A DNA stretch of 64,000 nucleotides from Octopus vulgaris (taxonomy: Eukaryota): positions 71,858,001-71,922,000 of the forward strand of contig OX597827.1 of NCBI GenBank assembly GCA_951406725.2. The letters are read 5' to 3'. Made by a program: the position numbers and the translations under genes. The first letter of the stretch is position 1. The number at the start of each line of letters is the position of its first letter. Below are positions 26,929 to 41,994 of this stretch, piece after piece. The notes under the pieces were generated by a model. It ran no database searches, had not been told where the DNA came from, and saw nothing but the letters and a program-made list of their open reading frames with translations.

Positions 26929-27074
26929 CTGCTGCTGTTGCAGTTGTTGTGGTGATGGTCGTGGTGGTGGTAGTGGTAGAGTGGTAGTGGTTGCATAAAG
27001 CCATTGGTTGTTGTTGCTGATTTCGTTGCTGTTGGTGTTGCCGTTATTAGTTTGTTTGCATTTCTATTATTACC

Positions 27075-27121
27075 CTTTATTATTATTATTATTATTATTA
27101 TCATTATTATTATTATTATCA

Positions 27122-27162
<41 letters not shown>

Positions 27163-27192
27163 GTTATATATTATCATCATTATCATTATTTA

Positions 27193-27265
<73 letters not shown>

Positions 27266-27335
27266 CATTACTATCATTATTATTATTATTTATCATCATC
27301 ATCATTATTATTATTATTATTATTATTTATTATTA

Positions 27336-27386
<51 letters not shown>

Positions 27387-27394
27387 TATTATTA

Positions 27395-27427
<33 letters not shown>

Positions 27428-27557
27428 TATTATTATTTTTTATTATTATTATTATCATTATTATTATTATTATTATTATTATTTATTATTATCATTATTT
27501 TTAGTCATCATTATTATTATTATTATTATTATTTATTATTATCGTTATTATTATTTA

Positions 27558-27619
<62 letters not shown>

Positions 27620-27703
27620 TATTATTATCATTATTATTATTTATCATTATTATTATTATCATTATTATTATTATTATTATTATTATCATTATTAATATTT
27701 ATC

Positions 27704-27760
<57 letters not shown>
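27075..27760. repeat. Long (ATT)n microsatellite, representative of dozens of TA, CA, TACA, TAGA, GTA, GGT, GAT, GAA and GGAA tracts
   Basis: Directly visible. Other major tracts: 3650-5000, 12450-12655, 13480-14300, 16025-18170, 28050-32390 (including the purine-rich 29010-30300), 32925-34100 and 61030-61585. Confidence 0.98.
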
Positions 27761-28046
27761 GCCAGATTTATATTTTTAAGTGATGATGTTGATGTTTTTG
27801 TCGTTGTTGTTGTACTGGTGGTGGTGGTGGTGGTGGTGATTTTGCTTTGGATGGTGATGCAGGGTGCGTAAGGATGCTAGCAAAAGGGTTAAGAAAAGAT
27901 AATGTTTGCATTTTATTATTCTTTATTTTTATTTATTTATTTATTTAGATATTTTTAGTACAGATTTTTTTTTGTCATTCAAAAAGAAACGAGATTCTCA
28001 CTCGATAACCGATGTATTTTGATTGCGAAACAACGTACGAAAGAAT

Positions 28047-28199
<153 letters not shown>

Positions 28200-28518
28200 C
28201 ATATATATGCATATATGTATACATATATATATACATATATATATGCATATACATATATACATATGTATATGTGTTTATATATATATATATATGCATGTGT
28301 ATAAATATACACGTATATATACATATATATATATATACACATATATATATGTATATATATATACATATATATATACATATATACATATATATATTTATAT
28401 ACATATATAAGCATACATCTCTATATTCATATATATATATATGCATATATATATATATATGTATCTATATATGTATGTGTATATATATATATATATATAT
28501 ACATACATACATACATAT

Positions 28519-28550
<32 letters not shown>

Positions 28551-29015
28551 GTATATGTATGTATATATATACGAATATATAGATATATGTATGCATGTAT
28601 ATATTAGTGGGTTAAGCGTATGAGCCTATATGAATCTATATATACATATGCATACATGTGTTTGTGTGCATGTAGATACATGTGCATGTGTGTATAATTA
28701 CAGTATAGTATGTAGTTTGTATATTTACATGCATGTGTGTGTATGTGTGTATGTGTGTATACGTGTGTGTGTGTGTATACGTGTGTGTGTGTGTATACGT
28801 GTGTGTGTGTGTATACACAAAATTTGAATAGTGAAACAAATGAGGCAATGGTTTTTTTTAGCTACTTTTTCTCTTTTTTTCTTTTTTTTCTTCTTTGTAT
28901 AAATTTTTATATTCATTTATTTATTTACTTGTTTGTTTGTTTTCGTACCTAAGGTTCCGGTCTTGATCTTGGACGCTCTTGATGATACTTGGGACAGATT
29001 TTTGTAAATTAAGAG

Positions 29016-29046
<31 letters not shown>

Positions 29047-30237
29047 GACGAAGGAGAGAAGTGTTGAAAAGGATAGAGTGGAGAAAAGGAGAGGAGAGAG
29101 AGGGAAAGGGAGATGAAGGAGAGACGTGGAGAAAAAGGGAGAAGTGGAGAAAAAGAGAGAGGAGGAGAGAGAGGGAGAGAGAGGGAGAGAGAAAGAAGAG
29201 AGAGAAAGAGGAGAGAGAGGGAGAGAGAAAGAGGAGAGAGAGGGAGAGATAAAGAGGAGAGAGAGGGAGAGAGAAAGAGGAGAGAGAGAAAGAGGAGAGA
29301 GGAGGAGAGGGAGAGGAAGAAGAAGGAGAGAAGTGGTGAAAAGGAGAGAGAGAGAGGGAGAGAGAAAGAGGAGAGAGAGGAAGAGAGAAAGAGGAGAGAA
29401 AGAGGAGAGAAAGAAAAGGAGAGAAGTGGAGAAAAGGAGAGAGGAAGGAGAGGGAGAGGAAGAAGAAGGAGAGAAGTGGTGAAAAGGAGAGAAGTGGAGA
29501 GGAGGAGAGAGAGATGAAGGAGATAAGTGGAGAAAAGGAGAGTAGTGGAAAAGGTGAGAGAAGGAGAGAGGGAGAGAGCGTGAAGTGGAGGAGAAAGAGG
29601 AGGGAAAGAGAGAGAGGACATGGAAAGAGAGATGTGGAGAGAAGGAGAGAGAGAGAAGGGAGGATTGGTGAAAGGAAATTGAAGTGGTTACAGAGTGACT
29701 ATTTGTGAATAGAGACTGCGGGGCGAAGAGAGGGAGATAGGAAGAGGAAGGAAGGAAGGAAGGAAGGAAGGAAGGAAGGAAGGAAGGAAGGAAGGAAGGA
29801 AGGAAGGAAGGAAGGAAGGAAGGAAGGAAGGAAGGAAGGTTAAAGGAAAGAAAGAAAGAATCGATGACGGAATGAAGAAGGGATCGAAGAAAGAAAAGAA
29901 AAGAAAGAATGCGAGGAAGGGAGAAAAGAAGAAGAAAGAAAAAAGAAAGAAGGAAAGGAAGGAAGGAAGGAAGGAAGGAAGGAAGGAAGGAAGGAGAGAA
30001 GGAGAAAGAAGGGAATGAAGATAAAAAGAATGAATGAATGAATGAATCGGTGAATAGATGAAGAAAGGAAGGAAAGGAAGGGAGGAAGGAAAAAGAAAGG
30101 ATGACAGAAAGAGTGAAAGAGAGGAAAGAAAGAAAAAAGGAAAGGAAGGAAGGAAGGAAGAAAAGAATGAATGAATAAATGATTGAATGAAAGAATGAAA
30201 GAATGAAAGAAAGAAAGAAAGGAAGAAAGAAAGAAAT

Positions 30238-30282
<45 letters not shown>

Positions 30283-30731
30283 ATGAATAAGAAAATCCAA
30301 AGCATGTAGAGAACGAACTAGAAACAGAAATACAGAACGAAAAAGTGAATGAATGAATGAATGAAAGAACTTATGGAAAGAATGAAGAAAACTTTAGAAA
30401 GATTGACGAAAGCGTAGTGAAAGGAAGAAAGAAAGGAAATAAGAGGTGAAAGAAAGGAAAACCAGAAAGATAAGGAATGTTGAAGGATTTAGAAACGACA
30501 AAAGAATATTCACGCACACACATACATACATACACATATATACATACATACATACATACATACATAAATACATACATACATACATACATACACATATATA
30601 CATACATACATACATACATGCATGCATGCATACATACATACATACATATATGTATTATATAGATATATTTACACTTACTAACACACACATATATATATAC
30701 ATATCGACGTACATATACAAGCACACACACC

Positions 30732-30787
<56 letters not shown>

Positions 30788-30952
30788 CACATATACATAC
30801 ATATATATATATATAAATATACATATATATATATATATATATAAATATACATACATATATATATATATACATTTATACATATATATATGTGTGTGTATAC
30901 ATATATATAATAAGTATACATACATACATGTAAATATATGTATGTATGTATG

Positions 30953-30993
<41 letters not shown>

Positions 30994-31115
30994 GTATATA
31001 CACACTCATATATATATATAATATATTAATAAATAAAACATATGCATATATATGTACATATATGTACGTACCAACCTCTACATGTATATATACACACATA
31101 TAGAGTACAGGACAC

Positions 31116-31151
<36 letters not shown>

Positions 31152-31197
31152 CATACATACACATATATATACCTATATCTATACATATATATAATAA

Positions 31198-31277
<80 letters not shown>

Positions 31278-32343
31278 CTGCATGTATATACATATATATA
31301 ATAAATACACACTCACATACATATGCATGCATACACATATGCACACAAATGAAACTAAAAAAGTTCACGTTGAGTGTTTAGCGCAGTTTCATCTGTTGAA
31401 TTTTCACAAATATATATGTACGCACCTATGGATTTACATAGGTATGCATGTATTAATAAATTTCAGGGTAGTAAAATATTATTTAGAAATTTTTTTTACC
31501 GCCGTGGCCTAGAGTGTAGAAAAACTAGTCAACAGACTATATATTATTCATTATATATACACTGTACACTGTATGTATGTATGTATGTATGTATGTATGT
31601 ATGTATGTATGTATGTATGTATGTATGTATGTATGTATGTATGTATGTATGTATGTGTGTATGTATGTGTGTATGCATGTATGCATGTATGTATGTATGT
31701 ATGTATGTATGTATGTATGTATGTATGTATGTATGTATGTATGTATAGGTATGTATGTATGTATGTATGTATGTATATACGTATGTATGTATGTATGCAT
31801 GTATGTATGCATGTATGTATGTATGTATGTATGTATGTATGTATGTATGTATGTATGTATGTATGTATGTATGTATGTATGTATATAGGTATGCATGTAT
31901 GTATGTATATGTATGTATGTATAGGTATGTACGTATAGGTATGTATGCATGCATGCATGTATGTATGTATATATGCATATATGTATGTATATATGTATGT
32001 ATGTATATACGTATGCATGTTTGTATGTATGTATGTATGTATGTATGTATGTATAGGTATGTATGTATGTATGTATGTATGTATGTATAGGTATGTATGT
32101 ATGTATGTATGTATGTATGTATGTATGTATGTATGTATAGGTATGTATGCATGCATGCATGTATGTATGTATGTATGTATGCATGCATGCATGCATGTAT
32201 GTATGTATGTATGTATGTATGTATGTATATATGTATGTATGTATAGGTATGTATGTATGTATGTATGTATATACATATGTATGTATGGATGTATGTATGT
32301 ATAGGTATGTATGTATAGGTATGTATGCATGCATGTATGTATG

Positions 32344-32379
<36 letters not shown>

Positions 32380-32602
32380 CGTACGTAGGTATGCAAAGAA
32401 GAAGCGAGGGCGATTATAAGTTAAAAGGAGAGAAACAGAATGATAGAAGCAGACGACAGTAGTGGGAGGTAAGAGGAGGAGAGGAAGAGGGGGAGGAAGG
32501 AGAGAGAAAAACACATGGAAGAGAGAAAGAGGGGCAGAATGATGAGCAAAAAAAGAAAGGGATGGGAAACAATGAGAAAGGTGTGAATGTGTGTGCGCGC
32601 GC

Positions 32603-32646
<44 letters not shown>

Positions 32647-32925
32647 ATGTGTGCGTTGAAGGTACAGAAAGACAGAGATAAAGAGAGAGAGAGAGAAATT
32701 TTATGTGGAAAAGAGTGTAAAGGTTGTTGAAAGCGAGGCACGGCAATATGAGTTGTAACAAGAGTATGGCGGAGACGGCTGTGGTGATGGTGAGATGGTC
32801 GAGGCGGTGGCGATGGATGGACGTGATGGTGATTGTACTTGCAGTGGTGATGACTGTGATGGTGGTGCTTATAGTGGTGGTGGTGGTTTTTGGTAGAAGT
32901 AGTAAAAGTAGCAACAGCAAGTCTT

Positions 32926-32985
<60 letters not shown>

Positions 32986-32986
32986 A

Positions 32987-33018
<32 letters not shown>

Positions 33019-33060
33019 ATAGTAGTAGTAGTTGTTGTTGTTGTTGTTGTTGTAGTAGTG

Positions 33061-33092
<32 letters not shown>

Positions 33093-33135
33093 TGTTGTTG
33101 TTTTTGTTGTTGTTGTAGTAGTGGTGGTGGTAGTC

Positions 33136-33166
<31 letters not shown>

Positions 33167-33223
33167 GTGGTAGTAGTAGTAGTAGTTGTAGTAGTAGTAG
33201 CAGCAGCAGGAGCAGCAGCAGTA

Positions 33224-33270
<47 letters not shown>

Positions 33271-33568
33271 TACTGTTTAAACGGCCCCACTCCCCCAGAT
33301 CAATCCTGATTGAGCAGACATATGATCAGAAGCATTCCTGCCGTGACCCTCCTACCTTGTTAGGGGTTATCTGACACGTCCTTTCTTTATCTGAGACAGT
33401 TAAGTGTGAGCGACGAGGGGGTATTTGACTGTTACTTCTTGCAGGTCGAGTGACCATATTAATGCCCCCATTTATCCTATAAATAAGTAGTAGTAGTAGT
33501 AGCAGCAGCAGCAGCAGCAGCAGTAGCAGCAGCTGCTGCGCAGCAGCAGCAGTAGTAGTAGTAGTAGT

Positions 33569-33604
<36 letters not shown>

Positions 33605-33631
33605 TGCTGCTGCTGCTGCTGCTGCAGCAGC

Positions 33632-33677
<46 letters not shown>

Positions 33678-33786
33678 CTAGCTAGTAGTAGCAGCAGCAG
33701 CAGCAGCAGCAGCAGCAGAGTGCAGCAGAGTAGTAGCAGCAGTTGTAGTAGTAGTGGCGGTGGTGATGGTGGTGGTGGTGGTGGTG

Positions 33787-33818
<32 letters not shown>

Positions 33819-33868
33819 TATAGTAGTAGTCGTAGTAGTAGTTATAGTAGTAGTCGCAGTAGTAGTTA

Positions 33869-33901
<33 letters not shown>

Positions 33902-34405
33902 CAGCAGCAGTAGCAACAGCAGCAGCGGTAGTAGTAGCAGCAGTAGTTTAGGAAAATGGCTGTGGTGCTGTTGGTGATGGAGAAGATAATGAAGGAGGCT
34001 GTGCTGCTGCTGCTGCTGCTGTTGCTGCTGCTGTTGCTGATGCTGATGATGATGATGATGGTGATGATGATGGTGGTGGTGGTGGTGGTGGTGGTTGGTG
34101 TTGGTGATGGTTGTAAAGATACCAGTTGCGGTGATTATGCTGGTGATGATAATGATGGCGTTGATGTGTGGGGGAAAAACAAGTAAAGACAGAAGTGGTT
34201 ACAGTTGTGACTGGCGACGAAGGCGATGGTGGTGGTGATGGTGGTGATGCGAGGCATGAGGAGAAGTAAGAGGCTTGTTGCTGAGCTAGTGTTACCCTCC
34301 ATTTTGGTTTAAGGCTTACGAATCACTTTGTAAGGTAAGGTGAAGAGAGTAGCAGTGTGAGGAGGGACAACAGGAGCAGCTAAAGGGAAAAATCAGACAC
34401 GTATA

Positions 34406-34464
<59 letters not shown>

Positions 34465-34511
34465 TATACACATACACACGTACATATATGTGTATATGTA
34501 TATATACATAC

Positions 34512-34561
<50 letters not shown>

Positions 34562-34739
34562 CATATCTGAGTGTGTGTGTGTGTGTGTAAGAAGACTACA
34601 CCAAACAATTCAGAATGGATTGAAAGAGGAAAAAAAGAGAATGATTAAAGAAAATGAAATGGAAGGGACATGAAAAAGATACGGAAGAGGACAATGATGA
34701 CGATGATGATGATGATGACTATGACGATGGTGAGGTTGG

Positions 34740-34796
<57 letters not shown>

Positions 34797-34817
34797 CGAT
34801 GACGATGGTGAGGTTGG

Positions 34818-34848
<31 letters not shown>

Positions 34849-34999
34849 AAGGACGAGGAGGGAGAGGCGAGGGAAAGAAGAAAAGAAGAACAAGAGGCGC
34901 AAAAACACCAGCATCAAAATGTCGACGAGGCTAAGCAGCTACGACGGTGAAGCATTTTATTTTATGCTGGTCGTTAGTGGAATAAAGAGTAAAGCAGAA

Positions 35000-35043
<44 letters not shown>

Positions 35044-35369
35044 GACAGATAGACAGACAGAGAGGACCGAGAAAATGTGAGAGGGAGGAGGAGAGGAATA
35101 AAGAAGGAAGGATGGGCGGAAGGAATAGAACGAGCGTGTGGTGGAACGAGAGAGCGAGCAAGAAAACGAAAATGAAAGTGAAAGTTAAAATGATAGTGAA
35201 AGTAGCTTGGTTCGCCTGACTATATATGATTGCAGTGCGCATGTGCAGAAATCACTTACTGCATCCAACATCTCCAACAGTGGAAGCAAAGGAATGCTGT
35301 TTCCGCTCTCTCGATCAAAGATACACACATACATAGACACGGGCACGCAAATACACACGCACGCATACA

Positions 35370-35421
<52 letters not shown>

Positions 35422-36010
35422 AACACACATGCACACCTGTGTGTATACACAGCATTTATTAAAGTCTCCTCTAACCAACCAACTTAAGTATTCATCGTCT
35501 CACAACTCCTCACCTTTTTCCCCTTTTTTCCTTTTCCTTTTCCTTTTCCTCTGCTACTCCCACCACCCCTCTTCGATATTTTCTCCCCTCCCCCACCTTT
35601 TTTTTTTCATTGGAAGTTGTTGATGTTGCTGCTGTTATCGTTGACACTGTTGTGCTGGTTGCTGGTTGCTGTTGCTGTTGTTATTGCTGTCGTGTTTCCT
35701 TTATGATACCAATATTTATATAACACAGTGACATGAACTCTTAATTAGCACCTGCAGTGGTGAAGCCTTTTTCACACACGCACACGCACACGCACTCACA
35801 CACACGCACACGCACATGCGCACGCAGACACACACACAGCAATGTCGACACCTTATAAGGGAACCTATTTTCATATGAACAAAACAAACAGATACACAGA
35901 GAGAGAGAGAGAGAGAGAAAGCGAGAGAATAAGAGAGATTGATAGGGAGGTACGTACCTAGACAGGTATATACATAAATATACACACACACACACATATA
36001 TATATATATA

Positions 36011-36234
36011 TGAGGGGCTGCTGAAAAGTTCCTGGATTTATGGGTGTCACCAAAGACCTGGCTGGAGGACCAACCTTCCGAGTTTTTTTACAGGGCTGCG
36101 AAAAACTCAAGGATCGCTGCTAAAAGTGTATGAATCTTCTGAGACGATACGATGCTGATTAAAATCATAATTAACTGATCCTCCTGTATTCTCTCTTACT
36201 CAAAGCCAGGAACTTTTCACCTTCACCCTTCTCA
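36011..36234 (+). mobile_element. Mariner-derived MITE
   Basis: TA-flanked TIR tgaggggctgctgaaaagttcctgg / ccaggaacttttca; internal FLQGCEKLKDRC*KCMNL resembles the mariner transposase C-terminus. Confidence 0.65.
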
Positions 36235-36338
36235 TGTGTGTGTGCCTGTATATGTATATATGAATGTATGTGTGTATATACATACATGTATATATGTATA
36301 TATGAATGTATGTGTGTATATACATACATGTATATATA

Positions 36339-36848
36339 TCTATATATATAAAACTGTAGTTGTGTGAGTGTCTGTCCCCTTCGATTTAGATTCCTAACTA
36401 CTCCCACATTTTGCGGTGCAGTTTAACCAAATTCGGGTATCTTATAGTCGTGATTCATATCAAGCCCGTCTGGCTATTAGCGCGCGTCTACAATGAGTCT
36501 ACGATTTTAAAAATAATTTAACATCATTTTTTATTCCATTTTAATGCATAATTTTTCGTGTGTCGATGGCGGCGGAGTTGGCGTCCATGGTCACACCTGC
36601 ACCTGTTTGCTTCTCCCCCTTCTTCCTCCCTCGTGAAGCTGTGTGAAGGGAGTGTAAGGAAATCAACGTCGTAAAGCGTTGTCAAGGAGACCAGCGTTCT
36701 TTTAGAACAACGACTTCATGGCTTGAAGACACCAAAACAGAAATGGCTAAGAAAGCCCGAATTGGCATCTATAAGGGAAGTAACTCTCTAAAAATGCTTA
36801 TATAGTTATTTCCCTTACAAACCCAAGCAACGCCGGGCGATACTGCTA

Positions 36849-36849
<1 letters not shown>
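36339..36849 (+). mobile_element. Non-autonomous Helitron with a different body but the same 3' ~70 bp
   Basis: A|TCTATATATATAAA start; ends taactctctaaaaatgctt...aacccaagcaacgccgggcgatactgCTAG|T. Confidence 0.8.
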
Positions 36850-37375
<526 letters not shown>

Positions 37376-38212
37376 GGTAGGTATGTAGATAGGTCGGTTG
37401 GTCAGTCGGTCGGTCGGTCGGTAGATAGGTAGGTAGGTAGGTAGGTAGGTAGGTAGGTAGGTAGGTAGGTAGTTAGGTAGGTAGGTAGGTAGATAGGTAG
37501 CAGAGTAAGTGCAGTAACATGGTAATATACCGAGGTACTTAGCATTGTGGCAAAACTCACGGCCGAGTATCAACTTTGAATCGAGAAACAGGGATTTCAA
37601 GTTGAACGGTTTTAAGGTAGATCGTAAGATGGGCGGGTGGACGGGTGGACGGGTGGACGGGTGGAATGGGTAGAAATAAGGTAGGACGGTAGCCTTTACA
37701 AAACAACTTCTAGGAGAGGGGAGGGGAGGAAGGAGAAAAAGAGAGATGGGGCGGGGAGACGAGAGGGAAAAGAGTAGGGTAAGAAAAGATAAGAAAAGAT
37801 GAAGAGGAGAGAGAGGCGAGAGAGGGCGAAACAGGGACAGAGAGAGAGAGGGAGAGGGAGAGTGAGAGTGATAGAGAGAGAAAAGGGGTAACGAGTGAAA
37901 AAATTGAGATAGAGGGGGACAGGGGAGAGAGGAAGAGAGAAAGGAGGAAAGAGAGAGAAAGCGGGAGTGGATCAGAGAGGGAGAACACAGAGAGGGAAAG
38001 GTCGGAGAGAGGTGGAGAGAGGGACAATAGAGAAGGAAAGTGAAAGAGAGAAAGGGGGGGTGGAGATTGAGAAAGAAGAGGAGAGGGAGACAGAGAGAGT
38101 GAGAGAGGAGAGAACGAGGGAGAGTCAAACCTTCGTCAATCCGCATTGGAATGGTCTTGATTGGAAAGCCTTTGATCAAAGATCTGCTGGATCAGTTCTA
38201 ACCACCTCCGAA

Positions 38213-38251
<39 letters not shown>

Positions 38252-38625
38252 GCAACAATAACAACAACAACGACAAAAGCAAACGATTCTCCATGACTAC
38301 ACGTATAGAAAACAACATGAACAACGATACATCACACAAAATAAGTGGCCTTACGTCCGTTTCGACAGTGAGAATTCAGCTGTTCGACCAACTGAATTAC
38401 CTGCTCATTGAATTAGCATATTATCGTATTTTCTCGTGTTGCACTTATCGTATTTTCTCGTGTTGAATCGGCAGGACAAACTATGTAACGAGACTGAACC
38501 TTTAAATTGCAAGTACAATCCGTCTGGTGGGTTTCCGTACATTTTCCGTCTGTCCAGTTTCGGTCACGAGGTTTGGATCAATTCGAAGTAACGGGGAAGA
38601 AGAAAAGATACTTGCACAAGATGGC

Positions 38626-38852
38626 GGCGAGCTGGCAGAAACGTTAGCACGCCGGGCGAAATGTGTAGCCGTATTTCGTCTGCCGCTACGTTCTGAGTTC
38701 AAATTCCGCCGAGGTCGACTTTGCCTTTCATCCTTTCGGGGTCGATTAAATAAGTACCAGTTACGCACTGTGGTCGATGTAATTGACTTAATCCCTTTGT
38801 CTGTCCTTGTTTGTCCCCTCTATGTTTAGCCCCCTGTGGGCAATAAAGAAAT
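38626..38852 (+). mobile_element. SINE family C, full length with long TSD
   Basis: ggcgagctggcagaaacgttagc...gagttcaaattcc...gactttgcctttcatcctttcggggtcga core (resembles the Meta/MESC-type domain); direct repeat agatacttgcacaagatggc at 38606-38625 and 38853-38872. Many other copies: 5310-6075, 6836-7046, 11060-11650, 12836-13479, 39320-39550, 52080-55540, 62585-63040. Confidence 0.88.
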
Positions 38853-38944
38853 AGATACTTGCACAAGATGGCAAGTAGTGGGATTGAACCTGGGGCCTCA
38901 TGATTGCGAAGCGAACGTCTTAACTATTCGACCATGCTGACTGG

Positions 38945-39265
38945 TTAACACAACCGAATCCACTAAAAATACACTCAAAAACCAGGTGGAGGTATTAAAC
39001 CGGGGCGACGGATCTAATGTACCAGCTTATAGGGTCTATAAGAGGTTGTGATTAGATACTCAGCCATCACAACGCTGAGTACTTGTTGCGCACAAGGTCC
39101 AGGACTAAGTGTCTCGAGTTATGCTGGACAGGTCAAAGAGTAGAGGCCAGACTAATATGGCCTCTGTCCATATTTTTGTCCAGAGGTAAAAAACGGGTTT
39201 GCGTGGAACCGACACCACTAGTTAGGAAAAAACAGCGGAGTTACAAAAGCATCGATAACAAGTTA
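38945..39265 (+). mobile_element. Probable RTE-type LINE 5'UTR fragment
   Basis: Contains ggtcaaagagtagaggccagactaa and gggtttgcgtggaaccgacacc...aaaa motifs resembling RTE 5'UTRs; recognition only. Confidence 0.35.
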
Positions 39266-39824
39266 AAACCATGGTTTTCATTCATACCATTAACCCAAGT
39301 AGCTGACTGGTACTATATAGGCGGCGAGCTGGCAGAAACGTTAGCACGTCGGGCGAAATGCTTAGCGGTATTTCGTCTGCCGTTACGTTGTGAGTTCAAA
39401 TTCCGCCGAGGTCGACTTTACCTTTCATCATTTCGGGGGCGATAAATTAAGTACCAGTTACGCACTGGGGTCGATGTAATCGACTTTATACCTATGTCTG
39501 TCCTTGTTTGTCCCTTCTATGTTTAGCCCCTTGTGGGTAATAAAGAAATGGGTACTTTATTGTATCTACCTTGAAGGGATGAAGAGCAAAGTTGACCTCG
39601 GCGGCATTTGAACTCAGGACATAAAGAGCCAGGGAAAATACTAAAAATATCGTCGAGGATCTTCTACAGCTGAGTGAACTGGAGCAATGTGAAATAAAGT
39701 TTCTTGCTCAAGAACACAACACGCAGCCCGGTCCGGGATTGGAACTCGCAACCTCACGATCGTAAGCTCGACGCTCTAACCACTGAGCCATGCGCCTTCA
39801 CATACATACATCCATACATACATA

Positions 39825-40090
39825 GAAAGTAACTTGAGCAATGTACAGCTCCTATATATTTGCATTCCTCCCTATTATCCTAAACGCACTGGGCCATGCT
39901 ACAATAGATTTCCATAAAAGCCTAGAAATGCTGGAGTTTCTCTAAGAAAGAACAAAGCAGGAGGATTCACATCCTACCAATTCGATCGATTAGTTAAATG
40001 CTAATCGATCGAATTTGGAAAATTTGTAAAACATTCTAGAAATTCTTGATTTGTGATGAGTTTATTGGAATGGACATAAGCATACAATCG
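39825..40090 (+). mobile_element. Degenerate R4-like C-terminal fragment (related family)
   Basis: FLPIILNALGH...KICKTF-like translation matches the end of the 2890-3575 frame; preceded by (TACA)n. Confidence 0.4.
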
Positions 40091-40376
40091 CATGTACGTA
40101 TAACGTACACACATGTACACACACACACCTACAATGTGCGTGCCTGCGTGTGTGTGTGTGTTTCTGTTTGTCTGTCTGTGTTCTGTGTGTGTGCGTGTGT
40201 GTCTGTGTGTGTGTGTGTGTTTGGGTGATTGTGGTAAGTAGCTTGCTTCCCAACCACATGGTTCCAGGTTCAATCCCACTGCGTGGCACCTTGGGCAAGT
40301 GTCTTCTACTATAGCACCGGGCCCACCAAAGCCTTGTGAGTGGATTTGGTAGACAGAAACTGAAAGAAGCCCATCG

Positions 40377-40422
<46 letters not shown>

Positions 40423-40959
40423 GGGGTCTTTCAGTCTCTGTGTGTGCCCACCACAACTTGACAACTGGTGTTGGTGTGTTTGCGACCCCGCATCCTAGCA
40501 GTTAGACAAAAGAGACCGATAGAATAAGTACTAGGCTTTAAAAATTAAAAATAAAGTACTGGGTTCGGTAGATTCGACTAAAATTTCTTCAATGTGGTGC
40601 CTCAGCATGGCCGCAGTCTAATGACTGAAGCACGTAAAAAATAAAAAAATAAAAAACAATAATAAAAAAACTTATGTACTACGGTGACAAATGTCGAAGT
40701 GCATTTCTTGACCAAGTTTGCATACATAAGGCTGATAACATCATAAGACTTGGAAGGCAGCTCCTTGAGCAACGTTCCTTGTCTGATAATCTAGAATTCA
40801 TGCCCAAAGAAGTCGCAACATACAATCTATGTATATAATACATATAATATATATATAACCTACTGCAACATATAATCAGAAATGAAAGAATGAGCCTATA
40901 TGAGTAGAAGACTATGCATTGATATGTTAGTAGAAATCTTGAAGTAAACTGAATAATTA

Positions 40960-41325
40960 CATACATACATTAATATGGCTGCCCCCTCGTTATCGAGTAT
41001 GGCCATTGCACGAAGCTTAACTGTTACTGGTGCTGTGATCGAATGTGACTTTTTAGCCCAGCTAAAGATCTACAATGTCTTGTACAAAATTGGCAACTAA
41101 AACCTTTACTGGTAATAGCCGGCTGTAGTTGTAGCTGGGCTTCATGTACCTTTGCATGTCGTTTAAGTCCTCCTGCCGAATTACACTCTCTTCCACATGC
41201 CCGACAGATATGATTAGTATGGTGTGTTACACCACCACCAGTGGCCAGGTTGTCACTCATCTGTCTCGCTTTATGACTACGAAGATGACTCTTGAGTCCA
41301 GCTTTACTGAGGCAGGGTCTTGCAC
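40960..41325 (-). mobile_element. LINE (probably RTE) 3' end encoding tandem C2H2 zinc fingers
   Basis: CARPCLSKAGLKSHLRSH, CRACGRECNSAGGLKRHAKVH, CQFCTRHCRSLAGLKSHIRSQH*; short 3'UTR with CTCG-ATAA-CGAG hairpin and (ATGT)n tail; no TGEKP linkers. Confidence 0.6.
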
Positions 41326-41600
41326 AGATACATACATACATACATACGTAGGTAGGTACATGCCTACATACATACATACATACATACATACATACGTACG
41401 TACGTACGTGTGTGCGTGTGTCCGTACGCGTGCGAGCATACATACATACGTACGTACATACATACATACATACATACATACATACATACATACAAACATA
41501 CATACATACATACATACATACTTGCATACGTGCATGCATACATATATATATACATATATATACATACATACATACATACATACATACATACATACATACA

Positions 41601-41882
41601 TCCTGTAATTATCAGAACACTGGGATATGTAACACACTACCTAAATACCAATCTTGAGAAAGTAGGACTCAAAGACTACAGATTCTATCCATTACTGGAA
41701 CAGTAAGAAATCTGTAAAACTGTCCAGACGTTTATCACTTAAGTATACATGAGTAAATCAAGACATGCATCTATGTTCATGAGAAGACATTCATAAAACA
41801 AAACATATAAATCTGCACATATACATACATTACATATAATGTTGATGTTGAAATTCCAATGAAGGAGCCTTGGATCTAGGTT
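41601..41882 (+). mobile_element. Second 3' fragment of the same R4-like family, preceded by (TACA)n
   Basis: Matches 3410-3812 (ctgggatatg..acacactacctaaataccaatcttgag; gttgatgttgaaattccaatgaaggag.cttggatctagg). Confidence 0.75.
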
Positions 41883-41994
41883 ATTTTGAAAAAAAAAAAA
41901 TGTGAAAAAAGTTAAAAATTAAGGAAATGGGGTTGGTGGGTGGTAATTTAGAAATGTCGATTTTTGCCAATTTTTTGGCAGATTCGTATTCCCC

